In this document: positions 52,928-64,000 of the stretch, in pieces
Numbering within the stretch: the first letter of the stretch is position 1
How the letters are laid out: every line of letters starts with the position of its first letter
Source: Blasia pusilla
Lineage: Eukaryota
Length of the DNA stretch: 64,000 bases
Direction: 5' to 3'
NCBI GenBank assembly: GCA_050084515.1
Contig: CM114271.1
Span: 17,298,001 to 17,362,000 of the forward strand
Position numbers and translations under genes: made by a program
The notes under the pieces: generated by a model
What the model saw: the letters and a program-made list of their open reading frames with translations, nothing else
Database searches by the model: none
What the model was told of the DNA's origin: nothing

Positions 52928-54287
52928 ATGTCTGGTGGGGCTGGGTCATCGAGAGCGGTAGGGAATCAAAACGAGTCCAACCTTGATGCCAAGAGGCGAA
53001 GAGTAAATCCCAGTAATGATTTTAACATGGCAATAAGAGAGGCATGGTTAGACTAGTTTTTCCAGCTTTCATTAGATAAGAGACGATCTTATATTTCAAG
53101 GGGTATGGATAGTTTCCATGACTACACCTTGGAATTGCAAAGATTTTCCCATAAAGTGGCATAGGCAATTAACTCAGAAGTGGATGTCACGGAGGCTGAA
53201 AGATTAAATAAGTTTCGTGCCCAACAAGGTGTTCACCTCAAGAGAGCATATGTCGATCCCCTGACATATAAGGAGGAGAAGTTGAATATTGCAGAGTCGG
53301 ATCTCCTAGAAAGATTTTGTGTAGAGTTAAGAAGTGCTCAACGTCTTTTCAGGGGACGCAATACTACTTTAGGGCTAACATTGACAATTCCATGTGCAAT
53401 ATATTGATGTCTAATAAAAATGTAGTAGTAGGAGATGATCTGAGCGATATTGTGGGAGTTGGTTTACACGGGATTGTGTACCATTGTAAAATAAATGGAA
53501 CCCATGGCTTTAGGGAAGATATCTACTATTGCATGAAGGTGTACAGGGAATCATCTATATTGATTTTCTAGAACGTTCTAAAAAATCAATATTGCGGGCG
53601 CGAGGAGTTTTTTGCGAGTATTTTATATCAAGGTGTTTTTTGCATGGAGGGAAGGTTGATCGAGGATCCACTGTGTGCCATCTATCCATATTGGAATGGT
53701 GGGCACCTTGAAAATTGGCTCTGAGGATGCCATAACTTGAAGAACGGCGAGGGTAATCTAGGAGAGTTAGAAAAGATGAGATGTCTGGAAATAGCATCAA
53801 ATGTCGTCCAACTTGTGGTTGCCCTTATTGGTACCATGGACACTGTCCACAAGCGTAAGGTTTTTCATACCAACCTTCATGCTAGGAACATTTTCATCAA
53901 TTTTGGATCCAACTCTAGCCCATACATCGATGTTGGAGATTTTAGAAATGCCATGTGGACTCATGAAATCTTAGAGTCACCTCATAGATGGTGGCAGCGT
54001 GACCAAATTTTTTTATGTTGGGCATATAGCACCTGGAGTTGACAGCATGGTCTCAAAATCTCCTCAATAGCAAGGCCACAGAAATCTATGCCCTAGGAAT
54101 GATTGTGAAGAATTTGAACTATGTGACATATAACCTCTCTTTTGGGAATGCCCAAGTGAACGTGAGCTTTACTTATTTGGAAAGGATTCGAAAGTGGGCA
54201 TTAGCTTTGAATCCCTTTGATCGCAAAAGCCTTGAGTATTTTATTGCATATATTAGAGCAAATACAAAAGTATTAGGTGTAGACTAA
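52928..54287 (+). pseudogene. Decayed, apparently intronless protein kinase
   Basis: VGVGLHGIVY (Gly loop), YCMKVY, VFHTNLHARNIFI (catalytic loop), VGDF, IAPEL-like, TEIYALG; multiple stops and frameshifts. Confidence 0.72.
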
Positions 54288-54534
54288 GTAGTTTCGCGAT
54301 TAAGGCTAGTAATAGTGATAGTGTGATTATAAATCCGTTTGAAGATTGAATATTTTTTATGAGAAATGGAAGACTTGGTTCAAAAAATGAATGTGTTACT
54401 ATGAATTTTTGTAAATCATGAATCTTGTTTTATCTATGGATGTATCGCATGTCATCATATCACCTTTTTGGAATCATTTATAAATCACCTTTGTTTTTAT
54501 ATTTTGGTAAAAGACAAGATGGAGTTGCCATGTC

Positions 54535-56280
54535 ATGAAGACCGTAGCCCTCACAACAATGATGACAATGGGAGAGGGGAAGAACCCCTCGATACACCGA
54601 CACCTAGAGATCCCCGTAACAGTGAAAAAGAAGGCAGTCTCGGAATTCATCACGGAAGATGAATTGAAGGCACACTTGGAGAGCTCCATTGACCCACAAG
54701 TTCTAAAGGGAGAGTTCAAGAAGTCGCAGCTAAAGTGGTCGGACCGTGCGATTGGAGAATTTGCAAGGAAAGTGGAAGAGAATGACTGGACAAAGGATTG
54801 GGCTTTATTCAGTGGTGTCAGAAAGTACGAAGACCTCCCCAAGAAGAAGATGAAGTTAGTGAGCAAGGTATTTGTTCAGCTCAAAGTTATGAGTTGATGA
54901 AGGATATGGAGGTTCACTTTGGCGATGTGGATGAGGGGCCTTCGAGAAGAGATAAGAGACCAAGAGAAGAAGACAGTATAACCCCACCGCCACACTTTAA
55001 ACGAGCAAAAGTGGAAGCTTCATCACCACGACCGTCATCACGCCATTATCAGCTAGGTGGATTGTTAAGAAGCCTTAGAGCCAAACTATCTTCCTTGGAT
55101 GGTCATAGAAGAAATCATCGTGTTGAACAAGATATACATGACGAGAGTGGAGAAGAAGGGCGAGTGTAGATGGGGACAAAATTTAGATGAGATGGTTTGA
55201 ATGACCTCCACGTAGGTCGTAGTATAAGCTTTGATGAGCCCGGGGAGAGTTTAGATCACCGTGTACATAACATACATGGTCTTCCCCAAACCTTTCGTGG
55301 GGAGAGTGCTCCACGGAATACAACATTTTGAAGGGGAAGTATGAACAACTATATGAGGAGCACATATCACTGAAGAGAGAGATGGGGAGGCTTTTGAACG
55401 AATCTATTGCCAGAGATGACCTCCATAGAAGGCAAAGAGTTATAATGGCGGACCACACACGATAGTGGAGGAGAGAATACAAAAACATCATGGCAAGACA
55501 ACAACAAGAGATGGATGAACTGTTACGATGGAGAGCAAGGGATAGCGTGGGAGAACTCACCTCTGAGACAATTCTAATTGAGGATCGTCCGGTGAAGGAG
55601 GTTGATATAATCTTATTTCAACCTATCGAGCAGTTGTGGCCTCCAACTCTACGCGCAACATGGGACAATGTCGTAGATCCAAATGTTGCAAACTATGCCT
55701 CTATGATGTTGGCACCAATATCTCTTAATCCGAGCAGACAAGGGCAAGATCTTACAGATTGGATGAAGGCAATCGCAGTAAGTGAAGGAGGGGCCCTCAC
55801 GCTAAGAAAGTGACCCAAATGTATGATTTGCTTCAATCACATTGCTTCAGAAAGTTGCTACATAACATGCACTTGTAAAGTTTGTTATTGGCATCCATAT
55901 TGACTTCAAAAGGCGATGCTATTATCTCACAAGTGTCCAACTTGTAGATAAGCTTGGTCATGAAGACTCTATCAGCTTTTTGCGCTCTTGATGGCAATAC
56001 ACCATCCACATATCACAAGCAAATCCAAGAGCAAGAAAATTTCACTTTCAGTTTGGGACATCGTAGGCCCCCATCAAACTATAACCCCAAAGTGAACATA
56101 GATGGGATGGTTCAAGCAAAAATCTCTTGTCAGCAGAGGATTGATCGAGAAATATGAGCATGACTAGTTCGCTTCATTGACATGTACGATCGAGGAGACT
56201 TCATCCATGGAACAGTCATAGATCTAAAAAATCGAGAGACGGAAATATTTTTCTTTGCTCAGGGGTTGAATTCACATGAA
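54535..56280 (+). pseudogene. Decayed coiled-coil protein with a RING-like finger (55820-55948)
   Basis: CMIC...CTC...HPY*...KCPTCR spacing is RING-like (TGA at a Cys position); upstream ORF pieces 54535-55813 are charged and coiled-coil-like. Confidence 0.55.
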
Positions 56281-56424
56281 GTTTGAGACACCCTCAAAAT
56301 GAACTACAACTTGTGCTAAACTATCATCAAAATCCATCGGTGGATGATCTTATTTTGAGGAGAAACTAGTCAAAAAATTAAAAAATGACAGAGCGGCTTA
56401 GACCGCAAATTGCGGAGCGAAACC

Positions 56425-56547
<123 letters not shown>

Positions 56548-56691
56548 GGCTTAGAACAAGGAAATTTGAGGCAGTAGAACCTACATTTGCCATGGTTTGC
56601 TATGGGATACTTGAGAATGGGTACGAATCTTTCCATGTGGCTCGAAGATCAAAGCAGGTCAAAGTTCAAGAGTTTTTAAAAATATAGGAAA

Positions 56692-57164
56692 TCTATATTC
56701 TTATGGGAGAGTTCCATTTTAATTTGCAAACACCTCTCTTGTTGACATGTGGTAATTGGGCAGCAAGAAAATGTTTTACATGCTACGCGGAGCAAGAAAA
56801 CAAATGAATTTATGTGCAACATCATTAGTCTCTTCCCTCCACAAGCTATATACTAACTCTTCAAACACTTTTTTATTCCCTTTGCATCGCATGGGCATAC
56901 ACCAACTCTTCGAACACTTTTTTATTTCCTTTGCACCGCAAGGGTATCTTATCTATATTATTATGGGAGAGTGCCTTATTGATTTGCAAACACCCCTCTG
57001 CTTGACACGTGGCAACTGGGCATCGAGAAAATGTTTCTCATGCTACGGGCAGCAAGAAAAAATCTGAATATATGTGCAGCATCATTAATCTCTTCCTTAT
57101 ACGGGCCATACACTAACTCTTCAAACATTTTTAATTTCCCGTGCATCGCACGGCACCTTAGTAG
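56692..57164 (+). mobile_element. Two tandem non-autonomous Helitron-like elements (56692-~56945 and 56952-57164)
   Basis: A|TCTATATT 5' ends; 3' hairpin CCGTGC-ATC-GCACGG (~57139-57153) followed by GTAG|T; the two copies are similar to each other. Confidence 0.65.
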
Positions 57165-57321
57165 TTTTATGTACCAAAAACTCTATCCTCACGATGGATA
57201 TAAGTCGTTGGACACTGACTTTGTTTACACGTAGCCTTGGATATGATTTATGATCGATAACTTCTTGTCACTCCAGTATTGCTCCATGTAATTTTTATGT
57301 GGAAGAATTCTAGGGCTAATA

Positions 57322-57487
57322 TATACTATTAAGAGAGGATGGGATTACAAAATCCCTCCTTGTAATGTTGACAAATGTCCTTTGAAGACGCTCTCCTATC
57401 CACATCATGTGTCATTTTAAGTTAAGGGTAAGGAGTTAAATCATTTAAGTTAAAAGATGATGTAATCTCCCATCCATTGCTCACTAG
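57322..57487 (+). mobile_element. Possible third mini-Helitron or MITE
   Basis: TATACTATTAAG 5' end, CTAG|T 3' end, internal inverted repeat GGATGGGATTACA / TGTAATCTCCCATCC. Confidence 0.4.
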
Positions 57488-57865
57488 TGTCCTTGTGATC
57501 TTTGATATTATAATAGTTATAAGATCTAAATGGTCAAAAACCTTCATTGTGGGCATTTCTTTTGAAGTTTCCTTTGCCAAAGTTTATTTGGTGCCAACAA
57601 TATTTTGATTGTTGTTGCTTCCTACCAATGTAGAACCCTTATGGTTCACACCACTTTTCTTTCTTTTTTCCCTGTCGACGAAATATGTGGGGTTTATTTG
57701 AAAATAAAAATAGAAAATGGCGTGAATAGTAGCATTAGATTCAATCCAGCATCCCTGTCCCCACCACGGGGTCTACCGGATTCCTCCCGAATTAGAAGGC
57801 GACACCTGTACGACGGGTTTGAATGCATGTCTTCAGAACCCCGTCTTTAGAGTGGTCCCCTGCGT

Positions 57866-57952
57866 ACGTGTCACTCAGAAAATCAGCTACTTATGCCTGG
57901 CGCCGTCCGCTGCCGCCACCTAGACCACTGCCACCTGTTATCCCTACGTGTA
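57866..57952 (+). promoter_or_regulatory. ABRE-like ACGT elements upstream of the LTI65-like gene
   Basis: ACGTGTC at 57866-57872 and ACGTGTA at 57946-57952, ~230-320 bp before the ATG. Confidence 0.6.
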
Positions 57953-58181
57953 CGACGCCTCCCGTGCGACGCTGCCTCTCCCATAAAACTCAGTCCCCGC
58001 CATCGCTCACTCCATCGCATACTCTCTCTCTCTCTCTCTCCCGCGCCCTCTGCTCTAGCGCCTTATTATACGATTTGGGAGGTCTACTTTGAATCGTTCA
58101 GGAGCTCGAACAAAAGCTCATTCTACACGAGGAAATCGAGCGAAGAGAGTTTGGTAGTCGAAGAAGTAGAAGCAAGCGGTT

Positions 58182-61002
58182 ATGGCACAGTATACATCGT
58201 CGGATGTCGCAGAGCAGCAGAAGTCGGGCCTTTCACCGATGTGTGAGTAATTCACTCGTGTGCCTGACGTATATTCATGTGGTATCACGTGGAATAGATT
58301 TTGTGATAGTGGTTGACGAGGAGTTTAAAGATGTGTTGCTTGACTTGGCCGAGTGAAGTGCGATCGTATGGGAGTCCTGCTAGTCAGTGGAAGTAAATGG
58401 TCGAATATGGATATGGAAGCGGGTTCAGCGGTAGAGCTCGATAAGTCCAGCGTAGATATGCAATGTCTTGGTACCGATCCGTAGGGTGTGAGACGCTCTT
58501 GATTCGGTCTTTCAGCGTGCACTGTCGCCTGCTGATCGTGAACTAGCTTAATGGAAACTCGTTAAAAGAGTGTGCCAGTTTTCCCGAACCGTTGTGCACA
58601 AACTGGTTTCCATTCAAAGGGCCTGCTTGAAGAGATTTACTTCGACGATTACTCCTAACTGATTCCAGATGTAGTGCACTTCTTGTCTTCGATTTTTCTA
58701 CTGAGGCCAGGTCCACGTGCAAGTAATTGATACGGCCAAGAATTTGATCCATTCATTGGAAATTACCAGGTTCAGAAATTCATTGCGTTTCTTGACTAAT
58801 AATGGCGAGTTTATTTGGCAGCCGAAGATGCAACTGAGTCTGGAGGTAAGAAGTCAATGATGGATAAGATTAAGGACAAGACTAAATTAAAGACGAAGAA
58901 GCTGAGGAACAAACTGAAGCCCGGTTCAAATACCGAAGCTGATGCAGCTACAGGTGATAAAGTGGAAGAGGGTAGCAGCAGCAGCAGCAGCAGCAGCGAT
59001 GAAGAAAATGATGCCCCTGCTATTAATTCGGTACGGCTTCTTGGAGATAGAATCACTCTACGTCCATTTTTATGAATGGAGGAAAGATTGCAGTTGGTAA
59101 ATTGTTGTTTCGAGGCTTCTAACTTGTGGACTTGACGGGAGATTGAGTGGCTCTTTTAGGCTCTGCAAATAAGTCTCCTTTGCATTCCTAGCAATGTTAC
59201 CAATAATGTTATCTCGGAGTTCAGCTGTGCGGAACTGAGTGAGGTGCTTTGACCTTCACAGTTTACGGGAATTACCCAGCCTGAGCGTCAGCGAGAGTTG
59301 TACTCATCGAGGAACTCGGTCAACCGGGAAGGTAGTTTTCAAATCTTTCAACTCTACTAGAAAGTTAGTCTGTCGCCAACTTGCACGCGTGGTCGACTGT
59401 TGCAAGCAGTTAATTTATTCCCCGAACTGATCCATGGGATGTCATGTTAAAGCATTCCAATAAATCACACTGAACATGCCGTGTTTCGAATCTACTTACC
59501 AGGAGATTGTCACGGGAATAAATTCTGATCTAGGAATTTGTCTCGGAAATCAGATATAACCGCTGGAACTGATGCAGGTGCTTTTGGTGGATCTGCGGAC
59601 ACCTCAACAGTAGACGACGCAGGGCTCTCCAAACAATTTGAAGGCCTGTCTACAGATGAAAGCAAAGATCGCAATACTATGGACGCGAGAGCTGGAGGTA
59701 CACATCATGGAATTGTATAGATCTGTTCCGTGCGGAATAGAATGCATGTTGTGATCAATGTAATCATAAATTTCGCTGAACGATACAATCTGTAGGATTG
59801 CATGTGTGATGACATAATTATGAATACCTGTGAAAAGTCGACTGACATTTGCCCGTCCCGATTTGTTGCCTGTGACCAGGAAATGTAGACGTAAGCAGCG
59901 CGAAAACTGGTAGTCAGGAAGACAGGGCAGTGGACAAACGCGTAGACCAAGAGTTAGGAGACAGTATAGTTACCGCGAAGTTGAAGGGCGGAAATCTTTC
60001 AGGTCCAGTAGCTGATGAGTCGACGCAATCCAGTGATAAGGGGATTTCCGAGCCAGGAAAAACTTGGTCTCAGTGGGTTGGAGAGAAAGTAGGTTACGGA
60101 AGGGACACATTGGCGGCAAAGCTGCCATCGACAGGAACGCCTTCATCAGAAACAGGAGACTATTCAGATGTAAGGCCGAATGATGTTGATGTTGGCAAGA
60201 CTGACGAGACGACTCGAGTAGCGAAGGGAACTACCGATGGATCCACTGATGCTGCAAAGCAAAGCTACACCCAGAAATTTACGGGTGCAATTTACGGAGC
60301 GAAGGACTCATTAATGACATCAGCTACACCCGGAGAGCATGAGAAAGCGCTATCACAGAAAGTGACAGAGACTGTAAGCAATTTGCCTACGACGATTAAA
60401 TCCACCTTGGGATTCGGAGGAAAATCTGCGCCGGGTGCGTCGACGCCCACCACTACCCCCGTGTCGGGGGTTTCCTCTATGAGTTCTCCTCTTCCGAAGG
60501 AGGAGTCAGCAGCCGCACCTCAGTCTCCGGGCATTGTCAGCCGGTTCACATCCATGTTCGGGAAGAAGTCGCCAGGTGAAAGCGGTGATACCCTCCCCCC
60601 ATCGGCCGCAGGTAAATTCTGGCCAATCATCTCTTCGTCTTAGTGTAACGAAGTATGATGAATCCCACAACTAGTTGCTCGTCGGATCTAAACTCTCTTT
60701 TGTTTGGCTAACTTACAGCTTAACCCCCCGTAAACTACCAATTTGTGTTCACGTAGCTAGTAAATAGATTTCATGTGCTAGATTATATTACTCAAAATGG
60801 TGGGTATTTTCTGGAAGGTATGCAGTACTGATTTGTCTTCTGGAATGCTTGCAATACTGGTTCTGTCAAGGCTATTGGATAATAGTACCCTGCAGTCGCG
60901 AGATACTTGATTGAAACATGAAAATTGTATTCAGTAAGCGCGGATTGGTATTGTGCAGAATCTACGACGGACATTCCTACTACTGCGTCTGGACCATTGT
61001 GA
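58182..61002 (+). CDS. LTI65/LTI78 (RD29B/CAP160-like) hydrophilic dehydration/cold-induced protein; exons 58182-58242, 58822-59030, 59262-59331, 59554-59697, 59880-60611, 60959-61002
   Basis: Phase-consistent GT-AG exon chain; KKSMMDKIKDKTKLKTKKL (LTI65 N-terminal-like), SYTQKFTGAI, PGEHEKALSQKVTETV (PGEED-motif-like); hydrophilic S/T/G-rich. Confidence 0.8.
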
Positions 61003-62339
61003 AAGAATTGGCGATGTTATTCGATGTTGTTTAACTAGCGGAGGGAAGAAAATTGCTAGCTAAGAATAACACGTCCAGTATCTGGAACGTTGGTTTGAAT
61101 CTACGAGTCTGGCGGATGAAGTAGTTGTTCGTCTACAAAACTTTGTACATATCCGAGATATTGTCATGGAAAATATCTGTTCCTGAAATTCGAGGATGGA
61201 GAAGTGTAGAAATTTAGAGTCGCTGTACTAGAAATATTTTCGTTGGGGGTCTGATGCTTGGATTTGACCCTAAACGTAGTTAAGTTTTGAGTTTATCCCC
61301 ATATTATGCTTTTTCCACTTATCTGCTATTTACGTACTCTCGAACTGAAAGGTGTGAAGGCCGAAAGGTGTGAGGGAAGGCACTTGACTTTATATGTAAG
61401 TTAAATTTTCAACACATGGTGTTTGCATTTACCGAATTGCAGTAAACTCTTTGAAAGTAGTATATCGTCATAGGAATGTTAGGCTTGATCGCCAGGTATA
61501 TTACACGATATCGTCATGGTTTGACAGAGCATTGTAGTTCACATACAGCTTAAAAATCGTATTCACGTCCGAATCAATTGAAAATGTCACGATATGTCCA
61601 ATAATAGTGAGCTCGGAGGAAATAAACAATGAAAAAGTCTTAACTTGACGAAACGATTGATCGAAGTTTTACAGTCTCCTTTTACACGAACGAAAGTTTA
61701 ACGAAAAACTAATCGCCGGGATATTGATGAGAATATAAGCTTTGACAAGCTCGGCTACAATATTTGCACCGAATGAAACGGCTGTTCATCTACCGTCTGC
61801 CAAAACATTCGTGCACTATAGTACTTAAAGGACAGTTAGATTTATTCTAGGATATACCGGGACCTATATCTACCATCTCTATTTAGATCATAATTCCGCT
61901 GTGAAATCTCTGCAATCAGCAAACGCAAGACCGGAAGCGAACCACTCGCAAGAGCAACCGCACGCGTCATGAAAGCTATTACGGTTAGAGTAGTGACTTC
62001 GGGCATGAGACTCATGAACTCATTTTCCGCCCGAAGATCCATTCGATTTCCACGCAAGTGAAAACGGCGCTACCTCACGGTAAACGAGAGAGTCCACCGA
62101 AAACTATCTAACATGTGTGAAAATTGCGAAATGAATTAAAATTGCGTTTTTACTCTCTTAATCAAAAGATGTGACGGTAATTGTGTCACTTCAGAGATGT
62201 CTCATATCATAGCTCATGTTTCGCAAGATGAAACGTTATTAGCAGTAATCAATGGTCATAAGTAGAACATTGATTCTAATCTAAATCGTCCGTATGACTC
62301 GATCCATGTGATCAATTCTTGGATCAGTATTATAACTAA

Positions 62340-64000
62340 TTGATTTCTTACATTCCCACTAAGGGGAACAAATCAGTCATTTTTATTACTAGTTAACCCT
62401 AGAGATTTAATATGTTTTTTATGAGGTCCTTTTTGTAACCTTAGAAAAAACTCAGGGGAACAAATCAGCCATTTTCATTACTAGTTAACCCTAGAGATTT
62501 AGTATGTTTTTGATGAGGTCCTTTCTGTAACTCTTAGTAAAATTATATGTAGTCATCTCTGCAGTTGAAATATAGGTCAAAATAATTTCGCCACTTGATA
62601 CTTGATCTTTGATATAGAGGTATTGAATGTCGATGTGTTTGGTGCGGTCATGATGTTTTGTAGAACTGACCAAAGCAATAGCACTCTGGTTGTCACAGAA
62701 AATCTCAGTTATCTTATGAGCAAAACCACTTTCGTACAGTAATCTTCTGATCCAAATAGCTGTAGTGCTAGTTTTAGTCATTGCAATGTACTCAGACTTG
62801 GTACTTGAAAGAGCAATTGACTTTTGTTTTCTACTTGCCCAACTTATTGCTCCTCCTGCAAGGAGAAAGCAAAATCTGCTAGTAGATTTTCGGGAGTCGA
62901 TATTGTCTCCATAGGTAACATCAGAATATCCTTGAAGATGAAAAGGAGTAGATGAGCGCTCATATTGGAGAAAGTAATGTTTTGTCCCTTGGAGATACCT
63001 GAAAATACGTTTGACAGCAGTCCAATGTATTGGACCAGGATTGGTCATGAAGTGTGCAACAGTGCTAAGAGAATAGGCAATATCCGGGCGAGTGCACACC
63101 ATTGCCCACATTAAACTTCATGTAGCACTTTTATAAGGAATAGAAGGCATTGCTGCAATGTCAGCACGATCAACAGGAGATTGATCTTGACTAAGATGAA
63201 GGCCAAAAGCAAAGGGAGTGGAGATAGGTTTGCAGCCCAGCATGTTGAACTATTTGAGTTTGTTGGTGATGTAAGTTGTCTGGTTGAGCCGGATCCATCC
63301 TTGTTGTAAGTCTCGTTGGATATGAATTCCCAGAACATGATAAGCTTCACCAAGATCAGTCATTTCAAACTCTTGGCGGAGCTTCGTTTTGAAAAAAATG
63401 AAGCAGCACAGAACTGGAGCTGGCAATGACAGTGTCATCCACGTAGAGAGCAGGGATCAAAAAATTGGAATTCTTGTTCGGAATGTAAATATTAGAGTCA
63501 GCAGTGGTGATGACAAAACCAATGTCTAGTAAAACATAGTGACGGCGTTCATACCACATATGGGCTGATTGCTTCTAACCATAAATCGACCCTCCGAGAA
63601 GGCAGACCAAGTTATGATGGGGAATTGGCAAGCCTGGAGGAAGGGCCATGTAGATCTTGTGTTGCAGGAATCCATATAGAAAAGCAGCGATTACATCTAA
63701 TTGATGTAATTCCAGGTTGAAATAAGCAGCGATAGCAATAAGAATACAAAGAGATTGAAGTTTAACAGTGGGAGAAAAGGTCTCTTCGTAATCAAGATCA
63801 GGAACTTGAGTAAATCCTTTAGCAACCAGACGGGCTTTGAACTTGTGGATCGTGCCATCCACATGAGGTTTAATTTAAAAAACCCAACGGCAGCCAACTG
63901 TGCTTTGATGAGGAGGAAGGGAACCAAAGTACAAGCCTTCATTCGAGCTATATTCTGAAGTTCAGCAGAAATGGCATCCTTCCAATGTGAAGAGCCAGGT
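62340..64000 (-). mobile_element. Decayed Ty1/Copia retrotransposon RT/RNase H and 3' end (continues beyond the window); 3' LTR starts at 62352 going left, far end unresolved
   Basis: KARLVAKGFTQ, QLDVIAAFLYG, LYVDD, TRPDIAYS, ISWASRKQKSIALSS, RTKHIDIQY; purine tract then TGTAAGAAATC on the minus strand. Confidence 0.93.

Overview
Eukaryotic, intron-rich, transposon-dense land-plant DNA. A moss or other bryophyte host is my inference from gene structure, a centriole-type gene and the TE content. Three host genes are present: (i) a multi-exon + strand gene from ~6.5 kb, possibly extending to ~24 kb, whose N-terminus resembles the centriole protein CEP295/Ana1; (ii) U4/U6 snRNP Prp3 on the - strand (25.7-30.2 kb); (iii) an ABRE-preceded LTI65/RD29B-like stress gene (58.2-61.0 kb). 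The standout element is at 1-5738: a decayed Ty3/Gypsy LTR retrotransposon whose pol region carries the core motifs of a C5 DNA cytosine methyltransferase upstream of RT and a PHD finger after integrase, i.e. a chromatin writer and a reader in one retroelement. Also present: a solo LTR nested in its RNase H, two inverted solo LTRs bracketing two exons of the CEP295-like gene, a LINE relic, Copia relics, mini-Helitrons, and a CACTA-associated region with decayed cargo (EDM2-like PHD cluster, protein kinase, RING finger). All family assignments come from motif recognition by eye; no database searches were run.
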